DNA from: Lingula anatina
Taxonomy: Eukaryota; Animalia; Brachiopoda
DNA length: 64,000 nucleotides
Direction of reading: 5' to 3'
NCBI GenBank assembly: GCA_051362555.1
Contig: CM120640.1
Span: 52,430,788-52,494,787 of the forward strand
Shown here: positions 11,804-25,213 of the stretch, in pieces
How the letters are laid out: each line of letters opens with the position of its first letter
Position numbering within the stretch: position 1 is the first letter of the stretch
The notes under the pieces: generated by a model
Databases searched by the model: none
Seen by the model: only the letters and a program-made list of their open reading frames with translations
What the model was told of the DNA's origin: nothing
Program-made: the position numbers and the translations under genes

Positions 11804-14800
11804 ATGGACAAGGGTGATAGGAGTTCTAGCAAGGTGTTTTTTCTTTATTATTATGTATTTCCTTATATATTATGTTTTTTTTTAATAACAAAAAATGACT
11901 TTTTTTTTTCATTCATTCCAGAGACAGCCACTGGCTGATGCCAATGGAGTTCTACAATCTAGACTTCCCAAGCCATCTGGCCTGAAACCACCTTCTCAAC
12001 TGAGACCTCCATCCTCTCTGAAACCCCCATCTGTATCTGCAAAGAGGACGAGAAGTCCAGACTTGGTAAGCCAACAAAGAACACATTTTAATTAGTACCA
12101 CCAGCGTGTACGCTGGTGGTACTCATGGTTTTAGTCCCGACCCGTCTCGTCCGGCTCCACCGGCTCCGCGTACTGGCGCCGGATACAAGTCACCGTTACC
12201 GCTTCTCCTCCTAGACCGCAAGGACCCCTGTCCCCATCTCTTGGATTTAGGTCACATATAACCTCAACTTGAACCCCCAGGTTTTTTTGTCCCAGTCGGT
12301 GCATTAACCTGGGCGTGACGCTCGTTGAAATGCACCCTTGTCAAAATTTTTGACAATTCAATGCCAATTATCTACCCTACGGAAGGAATTATGGGAAAAA
12401 TTTCTACAGACGGCTTTCCAAAAGTCATATGTGTAGATTTCAAATATGCCCTTGGATTTGACCTTTGACCTTTATTTCAAGGTCAAACGGGCCAAAATTT
12501 TCAAAAAAATGAAATTTTTTACAAAAAAAAATATTATTTGCGCTGTTATTCAGACACTACACAGACTTAACCAATAATATTATTGGAAAGTGTTACCCTT
12601 TGGGTCTTCTTTCATCTCCGTGAATTTGGGGTCAATCGGTGCATTTTCACGGGAGAGGCGGCCATAAGATACCGAAACTGAAAACTTTCTCTTATTCGGG
12701 AACCGTTAATGCTAGCGACTGTTCTTTTTTGCATTTTGTAGAGCATGTAAAGCCCAACATTGCATATGGTCTCCGTTTTTTTGTATTTCATATGGTTTTC
12801 GTGTTATGCTGTATTAAAAAGTACATTGTGGTGGCACATTATTGTAACTCAGAATTGTAACATTATATCTCCAAAACTGGCAGAGATAGGTCAATAGTTA
12901 CTATTAAAGTTGAATAGGATGTCACATACTGGCAATTTAACAGTGACCATAAAATTGACCTTTGACCTACTTTTCATCATGAATTGAACTTTGCAAATTT
13001 TCGTTCCCTTTTATCTCCAAAACTGGCAGAGATAGGTTCATAGTTACTATTGAACTTGAATAGGAAGTCATATACTGGCAATTTACTGTGACCTTAAATT
13101 TGACCTTAGACCTACTTTTTACCATGAACTGAACTTTGCAAATTTTTGTTCCCTTTTATCTCCAAAACTGGCAAAGATACGCCCATAGTTACTATTGAAT
13201 TTGAATAGAAAGTCATTAGAGGCAATTTACTGTGACCTTTAAATTGACCTTTGACCTACTTTTCACCATGAACTGAACTTTGCAAATTTTCATTCCCTTT
13301 TATCTCCAAAACTGGCAGAGATAGGTCCATAGTTACTATTGAACTTGAATAGGAAGTCATATACTGGCAATCTAAGTGTGACCTTGAAATTGACCTTTGA
13401 CCTTCTTTTCATCATGAATTGAACTTTGCAAATTTTCTTTCCGTTTTATCATCAAAACTGGCAGATATAGGTCCATAGTTACTATTGAACTTAAGTAGTA
13501 AGTCATATACTGGCAATTTAATGTGACCTTAAAATTGACCTTTGACCATCTTTTTACTATGAACTGAACTTTGTAAATTTTCTTTCTCCTTTATCTCCAA
13601 AACTGACAGAGATAGGTCCATAGTTACTATTGAACTTGAATAGGAAGTAATCCACTAGCAATCTGTGACCTTGAAATTGACCTTTGACCTACTTTTTATG
13701 ATGAACTGCTTTTTGCATGTTTTCAGGCCTTTAAATCTGCAAAATTGGCAAAGAAATACTCATGGTTGCTATTGAACTTGAATAGAAATTCATATACTAT
13801 GATATTGAAATTGACCTTTGACCTACTTTTTCACCATGAACTGAGCTTTGCATATTTTCTTGCCTCTCATATCTTTAAAACTAGCAGAGATGTGCCCCTT
13901 GTTGCCCCTAGGTTTTCTCTTTTGTCAGCATATATGCACCATTGACAACACTTTTCAAGGAAAACCAATAGGCCTTTTGTCTAGAGAATACAAGAGTGAT
14001 CAAGGGTAGGAAAATGCAAGTCAATTCGAAAATCTGCTTGATTATACCATTTTTAGTTATATTTTTTTTGCATATTTTGAGAACTCTTATTGATTGCATC
14101 TTATAGAGCTTGTCAAGCACAAGACTGGTGATGGTGTCCCTTTTTGGAGGGGTGGGGGGGTCCATACGAATGCGCTTACTCCAGCTGGTGGTACAATATC
14201 CGGAGGCGGTATCGCCTCTCTGATCCTCTAGTTTAGATTTACTTTTAATAAAAAAAAGAATAGAGTAGAGAGAGAGTTTGATATTATTTTCAAAGTATAC
14301 AGAGATCACTTACTCTCTTTTAATCAGGAAATGGACCAGAAACGTCAGAAACTTGACGACTCCACCAGTTCCAATACAAGTGTGGAGAGTGCAAGAAGTA
14401 GTACAGGGAGCACCAAAGGGAGCAGTGCTAAACCTGGAATTGTAACCAGGAAACCTCCAGCTAAGACAGGTCTAGTCAACACCAGGGTAGGAAGCACTGC
14501 CACTAGAGGGATTGTGAAACCATCAATAAGACCAGCTGCAACCAAACCTGCAGTGACAGCAGCTAAGAGAGGTAAGATGTTCCAAATATCAGTACAGACA
14601 AACAAAGAGAAGGAAATTTTAAAACTTGTTAATTTTTTATTTTTTATTTTACCTTTTTAAGGGATAAATTGATGGCAAGGAAGATGATACACATTTTACT
14701 GGCACTTTCAGTGCCTCTTATATTCCTCTCTACTTGACCCATCAATGTAAAGGACTCGGTAATTGTAAAGTCAATTGTCAGTTCCTTTTCACTTTACCCT

Positions 14801-17800
14801 ATTTCTTACAATCACAGCCTTCATGCAGGATCTTATGAATTTGTAATTTTGGTACTAATTTTATCATTTTGTTTCCATGTGTGCATGCATGCATGATAAA
14901 AATGATGATAATACTAATGCTTAAAAAAGAACCCTAACTAGTAATTCTTTTTGATACAAAGACTTGTTCAGACTTTACTCCACCTATCCAACCACCACCA
15001 CAAATGCACATACCAGACATGCTGAAACTGTCGGTCCACCAGAGTTCTCCAACAGGTCCTTGTCTTGGCTGCCGCCTTTGCTTGGGGCCAGGACGTGTTG
15101 AGTTCTTTAATCTCTCCCTCAGTACATCTCCAGGTGTTCCTTTGCTAACCTCTTTTTCTCTTTCCCTGTGGGCTGTAGTCTAGGGCTTGTCTGGTTACAT
15201 TTGTCTACTAGTGATCTTTTCTCAGTGTGTGCCCTATCCATTTCCATTTCCTTTTCTTCATATCTTTGGAAATTCCTTCTTGACCTGTTCTTTTAAACAG
15301 TTCTTTGTTGCTCATCTTGTTTGGCCACCAGATTTTCAGAATTCTTCATAGGCCTTTATTTACAAAGGTTTGTAGTTTCTTTATAAGGCTTTTGTTGTTT
15401 TTCTAAGTTTCTGCTCCATACAGAAAGGCCTTGTTTAAATTTGAGTTAAATATACAGATTTTGGTTTTTGTTGAGATTTGCTTTGAGTTCCTGATTGGTC
15501 TTAGTGTTGCATATGCATTTCTGGCTTTGCCTAACCTGGCTTCTACATTCTGTTCAGCACCTCCATCTGCACTGACAATGCTCTCAAGGTAGGTAAATTC
15601 CTTCATAATTTTAGTTTTGGCCATGTTGATTTTTAGGCCAACTTCTTCTGCGTACCTTTGCAGGTTATCTGTTTTCTCTGCATCTGTTGGTGTGTTGTTG
15701 ATAGTAGGCATAGGTCGACAGCAAAGTCCAGATCTTCAGGTTGCTTTGTGAAGGTCCACTGTATCCCTGTTTAAGCTTCATGTATTGTTTTTGTCATCAC
15801 CCTGTCAGTGGCTACTAAGAAGAGCATAGGCAATAGTAGGCATCCCTGCCATACTCCTGTGCTAATATCGAACTCTTGGGTGAGAAGGTTGTTGTGTATT
15901 ACTTGTCCTTTGAAACCTGTATACATGCTTTTAATAATGTTTTCTATCTTCTGCCAATTCCAATACTTCTTAGCAAAAACAAAAGTAGGTGAGTGAAGAT
16001 TTCAGTATAAGATGATACTGAAAAGTATTCATAATGATTAGATCCTTACTTTTCAAAAATTCTGACAGTTTTGACCCCAGTGTAAATTACCAATTAACAG
16101 CTTTAGTTGTGTGCATGTTTAAAAGTACATAAGATCTAGATGAAACCATCAACAGGATTTGAAAAAAAAAGTGCTAGTAAGGATCTGATCAGTTACTAGA
16201 TATTGTTAGCCGAGTTCACAACTAGGTTAAAATTAACTGGAAAAAGTCCAACTGACATCACCAGATGACCAGGTGTTCCCTGTTTGATATGGGGGCAGGA
16301 TGCTATCAGTTAGTCCAGCTGGTAAACAATACCTAACATATCTTTTGGGAATGTAGAATAGCAGTAAAACTTCTATTTCAGAATGTGCTGTAAATCAAGC
16401 CCCTAGGGGAGGAGGTCACTAGCCCACTTAATGTCATGTACTCAGTATATCTGAATAGACATCTTCAAGGGGTGGCACTTTATGTCATATTTTATGTGAA
16501 ATTTTTCTTTGGGGCGTTTAAGAACAAAAGACAAGGGTGGGACAATTTTATCGGTATACGATGGCTTCATTTTTATTGAATGAATAGAATCTTTATAGTT
16601 CTGTTCATTTTAACAGTTCATGATAGAGGTTATAAAAGTTAATCTTTGGAGAGGAAAAATATGGTATTAGTCTGTTATTGTGATCCTGTGTTATAGGTGA
16701 AAAGGCCCTATTAGAAATTGTAACAGTTGATGAAAAATGTCGGAAGATGAAAGGCAAGCTGTCTGCTAGAGTCAACATGTGGGATAGCACTTTGTGATGT
16801 GTCTATATGCCAGCTTGGACATTTCTTCCATAAATAATGTTGCACAAACTGTGATATAGAGGTTATGAAAATCTTCTTTTACTAGGATGAAATGGATTTG
16901 ATTCCTGGACAAGAGTTAGTTTTGTCTTGTTTCGTTTGAAAAGAAGATAATGGACCAGTATATAGATGAAGACAGAAAAAAAGACAGATATGACTTTGCT
17001 AATTAAATGGAGGAAAATGCTGAAAGTCGTAAAATGGATGGGAATTATTCTTCCCATATCAATATGAGCACAGTGAAAAAAGTTTGTGGTATTAATGAAG
17101 TTAGTAAGAAAGTGTTGTCTTTTGGCAAAGATGATGGGCATGGTGAAAGCGAATACGAGAACAAAACTGAAAATAGGAGTGATGATGTAACTACCCCAAG
17201 AAGCATGAACATTGATAATGAATGTACTAGTACTGGTCAAGTTGGCTCAAAAAGTTTCATACCTAAACCCATGACTGGACAAGAAAGAAAACTGAAAGAA
17301 CCATCTTTGATAAACCATAAACTTGGAAAGATAAAAGAACCAACTGTTAGAGTGAAGATAAAAGAAAAGAAGTGCCTAGTTGTTGGACCATACATCCAAG
17401 TTGTTGATGAACCCAGTTTAGTATTGTCATGCCTTTTTTTATTGTGGACACTATTTCTAGTTATCTCTTGTTTGCCAATACAATACAGGTTTATATTGAC
17501 CTGCAGTAAGCCATATCACATGAGACTACCTTGTAATGGGTATTCAACATGATGTCATCAGCTCTCATGTTATGGGTTAATCATGGGTGCACTGTAAATT
17601 GTAGTCTGCAATGCACTCCAGGGCATAATTTATAGACCTTTGCAATATAGAAAGAATTCTAGGGATCTTCACAGTTTATCTGTAACATATCTTTACAATT
17701 TATAGATTTTATCTTATCTAGCACCACTGTCAAGGGCGACCAGCACAGGTTCATTGAACAAGAAGCCTGCCCCATCTGCCACGAAGGCACCAGCAACTAA

Positions 17801-20800
17801 ACCCACGACTGCAGCGCCAGCAGGTAGAAAAATGTATAATTCACCATCCAGTTAAAATTGTTTAATGTATCATCTGTTGTAGTTACTGAAAGTTGTGTCC
17901 ACTTCTCCATTCTTTGTGCCAAGCAACCTTGTAGTAATAACTTTGTCTTAAGATTTCAATTTTCTATTAATTAGAATGACACTTTATTTTTAATTGTACT
18001 CTGTGTTTGCAGAATAAAAACAGGCCACTTCTACATAAAAACCTATTTAGGTAAATCTGATTTACCATAGGTAGTTTAACAAATTGGCTTATCAGAAGGA
18101 AGATTAATATTAAGAAAATACGAGTAAAACTTGCATGGAAAACTTTTTCTTTTAGGTGGCAAGAAGCGCCAGCCATGGGATCTGAAAGGTCGTCTGCAAG
18201 ACATGGAAAACATCCTGTCCGACAACCAGGCCAACAACGCGGAGTTGCGCAATGTTCTGGAGAACAACAACGCCCGTATTGCAATGCTAGAGTCCATCAA
18301 CCAGCAGTTACAGGGGACAGTGCAGCAGAAGGAACTGCAGACCAAGGAAGTGTCTCAGGAGGTGGAAGAGCTGCAGAGGAAACTCAGGTCGGTTACCCTG
18401 GTTTAGATAGATGATTGTATTTCTAACTGCCCCTTGGCTGTCAATAAGATGAAAACATTTTGTCAGCAACATCATAAAGTTATGAGATGGATGGTACAAC
18501 CTTGTGAAAGTTTATTTGATTTGACCTATAGATTTCAGTTGAATTTTAGAGGTACATTATAGTGATAGAAGTAGTATCAAGGAAAATTTTACTTTTTGCT
18601 GTCAGAAGTATTGAGGAATGTATTAATTATTACCATTGAGGTAAGAAATAAATAAAGATATCCAAGATTGTCACATCACTTCATGTCTTAATTCGTATTT
18701 TTAGGTTAAACCAGGAAGAGATAGAAACTAGCACCAGAAAGTTGAATAGGGAGATAGAAGACTTGAAGTTCAGCAAGTCTACATTAGAGAGACAGAGGGA
18801 GACACTAGAGGGTGAACTGAGTGCAGGAAAACAAGAGATCTCTGGGCTGAAGTCAACAGTTGCACAACTCACATCAGCTCAGGCTGGACTGAATGCAGAA
18901 CTCACTGCAACAAAGGTATGTGACATTACATTATCATACATTGTAAATATTGAAATCAGTGTTACATAATCAGTTAATAACCTAAACCATAAAAATGTGT
19001 TAAAACATTTTGTTTTCAGAATGAAAATTATTATTGAATAGAGAAGTTGGTGTTAGCTCATTAAAAAGCCCTTGGTGTTATTTCTGTTCTATCTTTCAGC
19101 TCTGCTTAGAGCAAGCTGTCCAGGCAGGGAAGCTGAAGGATGAAGAGATAGCAAGCTTGAAAAAGGTGGTTGCAGGTCAACAAGAAATTATTGCTAATTG
19201 CAATGCAGAAATGAGAGCACACGAGACAGAAAGAAGGAAATTACATAACACAATTCAGGAACTGAAGGTAGTGTAAGGCTTAACAGAGCATTTTTTTTAT
19301 TCTTGGACACTGAAATGACAAATAATAAGATGCAGATAGGCTGAAGACAGTGTTGCCTACCATTATCAGCGAAGATCAATGTGGATATGTCAAAAATCGT
19401 GGAGCTGCTCAGACTTTACGTGCAATAGATGTTATCATGGAATTTATAAATGCTAATAATATGAAATGTATCTTGTTAGCAGTCGATTATGAGAAGGCAT
19501 ATGATGGTATCTCTAAAGAATTTATGTTGGGAGCTTTGAAACTGTTTGGTTTTGGTATGTCATTGATTAAATGGGTACAAGTTATAAATGAAAATGCTCA
19601 CAATCATATTTTTTTATAATGGATGGATAACTAAGGATATCAAACTTGAATGTGGAATTAGACAAGGTTGTCCTTTAAGTCCTTCGTTATTTATCATTGC
19701 TTGTGAACTTCTCTCTTGTAAGATCCGCCAGTCAAAAAATATCCATGGTTTTCAAATACCAGGTACAACAGAGGAATCAAAACTTTTTCAGTATGCTGAT
19801 GACTTAACTGTCTTTCTTGGAGATGTAAATTCTTTTGGGCAGGTTATGGATGTTTTGAAGGAATTTTATAGAGTCTGAAGGTGAATGTTAAAAAGACTGA
19901 AGGGTTATGGCTAGGAGTGTGGAAAAATTGAAATGACAAACTTGCAGATGTAAAATGGAAGCATGCACCTGCGAATTTTATAAAGATATTAGGTGTAACT
20001 TTTAGTACTACAGTTAAAGTTGTAAATAAAACTATGACAACTATGAGAGAAAAATTAAAAAAATGTGAAAATATTGTGAAATTATGGTCTTTAAGAAACA
20101 TAACAGTCATTGGCAAGTTTATTTTAGCTAAGTCATCATTGTTGTCACAATTTTCATATTTAGTGCAAGCATTACCAGAAAATACCAGAATGCTTTACCA
20201 GAAAATATTTTGAATCTTATTAACACATTTATGTTTAAATTTTTGTGGAGCAAAGGGAAATTTAAAAAGGCTGATCTGAAAAAATGCCCAGATAAGGTTA
20301 AAAGAAATCTTCTTGTTCAAGAATATTCAAATAGTGGCTTAAATATGATCAATGCTTATAACCTACAAACAGCATTTGCCATTAAATGGGTGGTTAAGTT
20401 AAGTTCTCCTGGGAATGGTCACTGGAGAGTTATCCCAAATTACTTGTATGGGCAGTTAGGAAAAGGTTTAAGTGTGTTCTGTAGTATTATTAACCCAGAA
20501 AATATGGTTAATCTTGATCTTTGTGGCGAGTTCTATCAACAAATTCTGAAGTTATGGATAAGGCACAGCGATTGTAAAGATGAATCTATTTTGTGGAACA
20601 ATACTTATATCATGCGGAATAATTTACCTTTATGTTTTACTAGTTGGATAAAAAATGGAATTATTCATATTAAAGATTTAGTTAGAGAAAATAGACTGTG
20701 TACTTATGAAGAAATTTCACAGATAGTTGGGCGGAATGGAATTACTTACCTTTATGGAATATCAGGTTTTAAGAAATTGTATTACTCATCAGTTAATTGA

Positions 20801-23800
20801 GGATTATGGTAAATCAGGAGAGTATAAGCTAACCTTTAAAAGAATTCAAGTGCAAGATATTACTTCTAGAGAATTAAGATTAAAACTTGTTTTGAATAAA
20901 TTAGAAAATATTATATTCCTTATTGTTAATGAAAGAGTACCAAGTGTAGTGTGGAATAACATATTTTTGGCATGTACTCAATCTGTAATTAGAGCGGTGC
21001 AGTGGAAAATTTTGCATGGAATTTATCCAACAGGAAAATACTAAAAGAAATGTAAGATTTCAGAACATGATGTATGCAAATACTGTCCTTCTGTACAGGA
21101 TGATATTTTTTACTTCTTTGTAGAATGTTCAAGAATTTCAAAAATATGGAAATTAACAAACTGTAAAAAAACTTAGTAGAGAAGAAAAAATAGGAAACAT
21201 ACATTTATCAACAGAAATGTACAAAAAAGTAATGGTAGCCAAATTTATTATTCATCAGTATAAATTTAGAAATAGAAGAACTGATATCGAGGCATTTTTT
21301 GTGCATTATTATGGTTTATTTTAATCTGTACCTAATTGGTAAATAAATTTTAATAAAAAAAAAAAGAAGCAGATGTTAATTATTAGGTAAAATAACAAAG
21401 AACATTGTGGCTATTTATCCTCTTGGATATTAAAGCTGAAGTTAAACTACATTATGTCTTCCTCTGGTCTTAGGGAAACATCCGTGTGTTCTGTCGTGTG
21501 CGTCCACTGCTGGGTGATGAGACTCTGGGGACAGATGGTGTCATACCCCACATCAACTTCCCTGACACCAAGGAGCAGAAAATGCTGGAGATAGAAAAAG
21601 TGGGAGATGCGGCTCTCAATGAGGTAACATGATGTCTATATTGTTATGGTGCTTGGGTGTCGAGTATCATATCACATTCTAATGCTGAAAAGGTTTTGTT
21701 GTTGGTGTTGAGAACAAAAAAGTAATTTTTTCTTTGACATCAGCAAAGTGGGATATGATAAATTAAAGTATTTTTTCTCAATTTTCCAAATAACAATATG
21801 GGCACTGCCACAAATAACATTGTCTATTCTTCATGCTAAATTTTATTTCTGGTAATATAATTCCTATTAGGAATAATACCATTCCTTATTATAACCTTAA
21901 CATTTTTCAATTATTTACTTCTCACGGAGTATTCATTTGATTTTACATGTTCTTTCAGAGCACTGTAAGTGCCAGGCGTGGAGGCAACAACTGCCAGGGC
22001 AAATTTGACTTCAGTTTTGACCGTGTCTTTGCCCCAGACTCCACACAGGCTCAGGTATTTGAAGAGATCTCCCAGCTAGTGCAGAGTGTCCTGGATGGGT
22101 ACAATGTGTGCATCTTTGCATATGGACAGACGGGCTCAGGAAAGACACACACCATGGAAGGCGGCTCTGATAATGCAGCAGAAAACAGGGGTATGATACC
22201 CAGGGCAGTGGCACAGATATTCCAGACGGGACGGGAGCTGGAGGAGAAAGGGTGGAAGGTGAGTACCCCCATGAATAGTTTTATGGGGAAGGACAATTGG
22301 CAGATTCATTTCTTGTCACTTTAAATTACTAGATTACAAGTTTGCAGTTCATGCCAGAAAACATTCTCTGCATTTTTAGATTGCTGAATTTGAATCGTAT
22401 TATTATTTACTGTGATGGGGTGAAGTTTCAGTAATGGTATACAGGTGATGTTTTATGTGTCTTATTCTTCCAGTATACATTTGAGGCTTCGTTCCTAGAG
22501 ATTTACAATGAAACCATCAGAGACCTACTTGGTAATGGTAAAGATGACCAAAAGTATGACATCAAGATGACAGGAAGCAACTCCAATGATGTCATGGTCA
22601 CCAACCTGACTCTTGTCCCTGTCAGTTCAGAAAATCAGGTGAGATTGTCCTTAACTAAAGCTCCTGAAACATAGACCTGCAGTTCATTGGAACCATGGAA
22701 GATTTTAAGAGGTTTGACCAATGATAATTTGGATGTAAGGCTTTAGGGCAGTGTTGGTGATGATTACCTGCAATTTTTAGTTTTATCAAAGATGATAAAA
22801 ATGTTTGCATAATTTTTCATTTTTTTCCTTTGATTAAATATTTTATGGTTTATTTATTGTCCTTTGTGATGTCAGGTCCATTCACTGCTGGAGAAGGCAT
22901 CTCACAACCGTGCAGTGGCAGAAACCAAGTGTAATGAAAGGTCATCGCGAAGTCATAGTGTGTTCAGACTGAAACTTACAGGCAGCAATGAGCTAACTGG
23001 GGAAGGATGCCAAGGTAGTATGCATAGCGAGTTTTAAATCTTAAGTGTTCTGAGGAGGAGCAAGATGGAAAGGGATATTCTTTAAGATTTTTTCTGCCCT
23101 AAAGAATATAAGTTAAAAGGATGAAAACACTAAAGTGGCTGTTAGCAGTTGAAATCCATTGCAGTTTTTTAATATTTCATGTATCCGGCAATCACTTTGA
23201 GTTCTATAATTTTCTTTCTAGGTACACTGAATCTGATAGATCTTGCTGGCAGTGAGAGGCTGAAGGAGTCTGGCTCAGAGGGACAGAGATTGAAAGAGAC
23301 ACAGGCCATCAACAAAAGTCTCAGTAACCTGGGGAATGTAATCATGGCTCTGGCTAATAAGGTACTACTCTTGTAAAAAGTTACCTTTTTTAACTAAAAA
23401 AGATCATGACATAGTAGAAATTAATTTTCAATGGCAAAATCTGGTAAATTGAGCATGACACTGATGTTTGAAAGATGCTCTGCTTGTAATATTAGACAGT
23501 AATTCTAATAAAATTCTCATCATTGACTGGCATTTCTTATGTTATTGTGTGATCTTGTGTACCCAGTGGAATGTGTGAAACATAATGTAGTTTTTTTATT
23601 TTTATGATTCAATTTTAAGGGAGTATTCATTTTAGTTTTTATTGATTTGTTTTGTAAAGCATGATTAGATGTTTAATGGATGTGTCCTTTAGTGGTTTCA
23701 CCATAATTTATATTATAATTGATATTGAAGCACTTACTTTTATTAAAATTATTTTCAGGAATCACATATACCATACCGAAACAGTAAGCTGACCTACCTG

Positions 23801-24161
23801 CTCCAAAACTCTCTGGGAGGTAACAGTAAAACTCTCATGTTTGTCAACATCTCACCAAAAGAAGAAAACATCCAAGAGACCCTCTGTTCTCTGCGATTTG
23901 CTACAAAAGTGAGTTTTGCACACAATTTTAGATATTTTTTTGGCAAGGTTAATTCTGTTAACAATATCTCATGTGGCACCTTATTAAGACTGCCAAGAAG
24001 AAAGTTTTCCATTCTCACTTGTAAAAACTTTTTTGTCTGATGAAGAAAACTGCTTATAACTGACAAAAAAATTATCCCTGTGTTCTCTGTACTTCAAAGT
24101 TTTGTTTTATTTTTAGGTTAATCAGTGCAGTATAGGGACAGCCACCAAGAAGGTGAAGTAG
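11804..24161 (+). CDS. KIFC1: Kinesin-14 (KIFC1/Ncd/XCTK2-like C-terminal motor); exons 11804-11833, 11922-12065, 14328-14571, 17722-17823, 18156-18387, 18705-18915, 19100-19267, 21474-21623, 21959-22258, 22474-22638, 22876-23014, 23222-23361, 23759-23908, 24117-24161
   Basis: Neck [24 protein letters not shown]-loop [41 protein letters not shown]; basic tail and coiled coil with WDLKGRL; first coding exon less certain. Confidence 0.95.
12092..14233 (+). mobile_element. Helentron-associated non-autonomous element (HINE/DINE-1-like) with internal satellite
   Basis: 5' hairpin AGTACCACCAGCGT-GT-ACGCTGGTGGTACT; inverted subterminal copy GCTGGTGGTAC near the 3' end; 3' stem-loop GAGGCGGTATCGCCTC; ends CTAG|TT; second copy at 37759-40763. 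Confidence 0.8.
12866..13890 (+). repeat. Tandem array, about 7 units of ~145 bp
   Basis: ATCTCCAAAACTGGCAGAGATAGG (or close variant) recurs at 12867, 13013, 13158, 13302, 13448, 13593, 13735, 13871. Confidence 0.93.
15050..15965 (-). mobile_element. Decayed RTE-like LINE reverse-transcriptase fragment
   Basis: [36 protein letters not shown]...LYGAET; frameshifts and stops. Confidence 0.8.
19330..21365 (+). mobile_element. 5'-truncated, decayed L1/Tx1-clade LINE ORF2 in a kinesin intron
   Basis: [41 protein letters not shown]-terminal CKYC remnant, AATAAA and A-tail at ~21352-21365; several frameshifts. Confidence 0.9.
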
Positions 24162-24851
24162 GTACATTGACAGTGACATTCTCACAGTAGTCATCCAGCT
24201 ATAATGTGCCACATGGAATGAAGAGTTATGTTTGAATTCCTACCAATTTTACAGCCTATCATATACACAATCTGGCTACTGTTGGACACCACGTTTTATT
24301 GGACACCTGAATTGTGCCACACGTTGGGTGATATTAACATCACTTGAATGCATGCTGTAATATGGCTATTTTCAGTGACAGTTTACTTGTATGTGACTGG
24401 TGAATGTGGGAATGTGTAAGATGCCCACTGTGCTATATGTTAAATGCATACTATTTGCAAGCCTATTGGTTTGCACTTTTTAGGTACAGCTGGGTATGAT
24501 TTTTAGTAAGTTGAATTTGTATACATTAACATTTTAGTAAGCTATAACATAAATGTAAATTTTTTTACGTGACAGCCCAGTTTTCACCGAGTTGCATATG
24601 GCAGTGTTTTCATTGTAACTTCTCACTTATGCTGGTTGATTTTACTGCTCATGTCAAATGGGTCATCTGCATGATTTTATCAAGTACTTTTTTAGTCAGT
24701 GAGATGACGAAACCTGCCAATGTATTTGGTGCTGGTCTTTCATGATAAAGCATGGGCCAATTTTACACACAATATATTTTTAATTTTTATTTTGGTCTGA
24801 TTATATGCATTGAAATTATTTATGCACATAATTTTGAATACACTGAAGTAT

Positions 24852-25213
24852 CAGACATGCTGAAAACTTTTCAGAATGGCCGGACATTTGGACCGGCAGT
24901 AATGAAAAATTTACCGGACCGAATGGATTTTTGTCGGACCGAAAATCACTCTGTTCGTTTGAGACAGATACTGCCAGTACGATAAGGGTAGCTTACTTTG
25001 TTTGTGAATGTGATAGGTTTGAAATGGAAGGGAAAAACGCTTTGTGTTTTATATAATTTTATTAGTGACGTATGTTGAATGATGACTGTAAATTCAAAAT
25101 TGCGGCTCTTAAAACTCTAGTCGGTCCTTTGGACCGACCAAGTCCAATTTTTTACCGGTCCAGACAAATTTTCCCAGTCATGACCGATCGGACCGACAGT
25201 TTCAGCATGTCTG
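24852..25213. mobile_element. MITE (hAT-like CAG..CTG ends) downstream of the kinesin stop codon
   Basis: TIR CAGACATGCTGAAA / TTTCAGCATGTCTG; internal GGACCG repeats; AAGTAT on both flanks; a solo end of the same family at 15014-15037. Confidence 0.75.
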
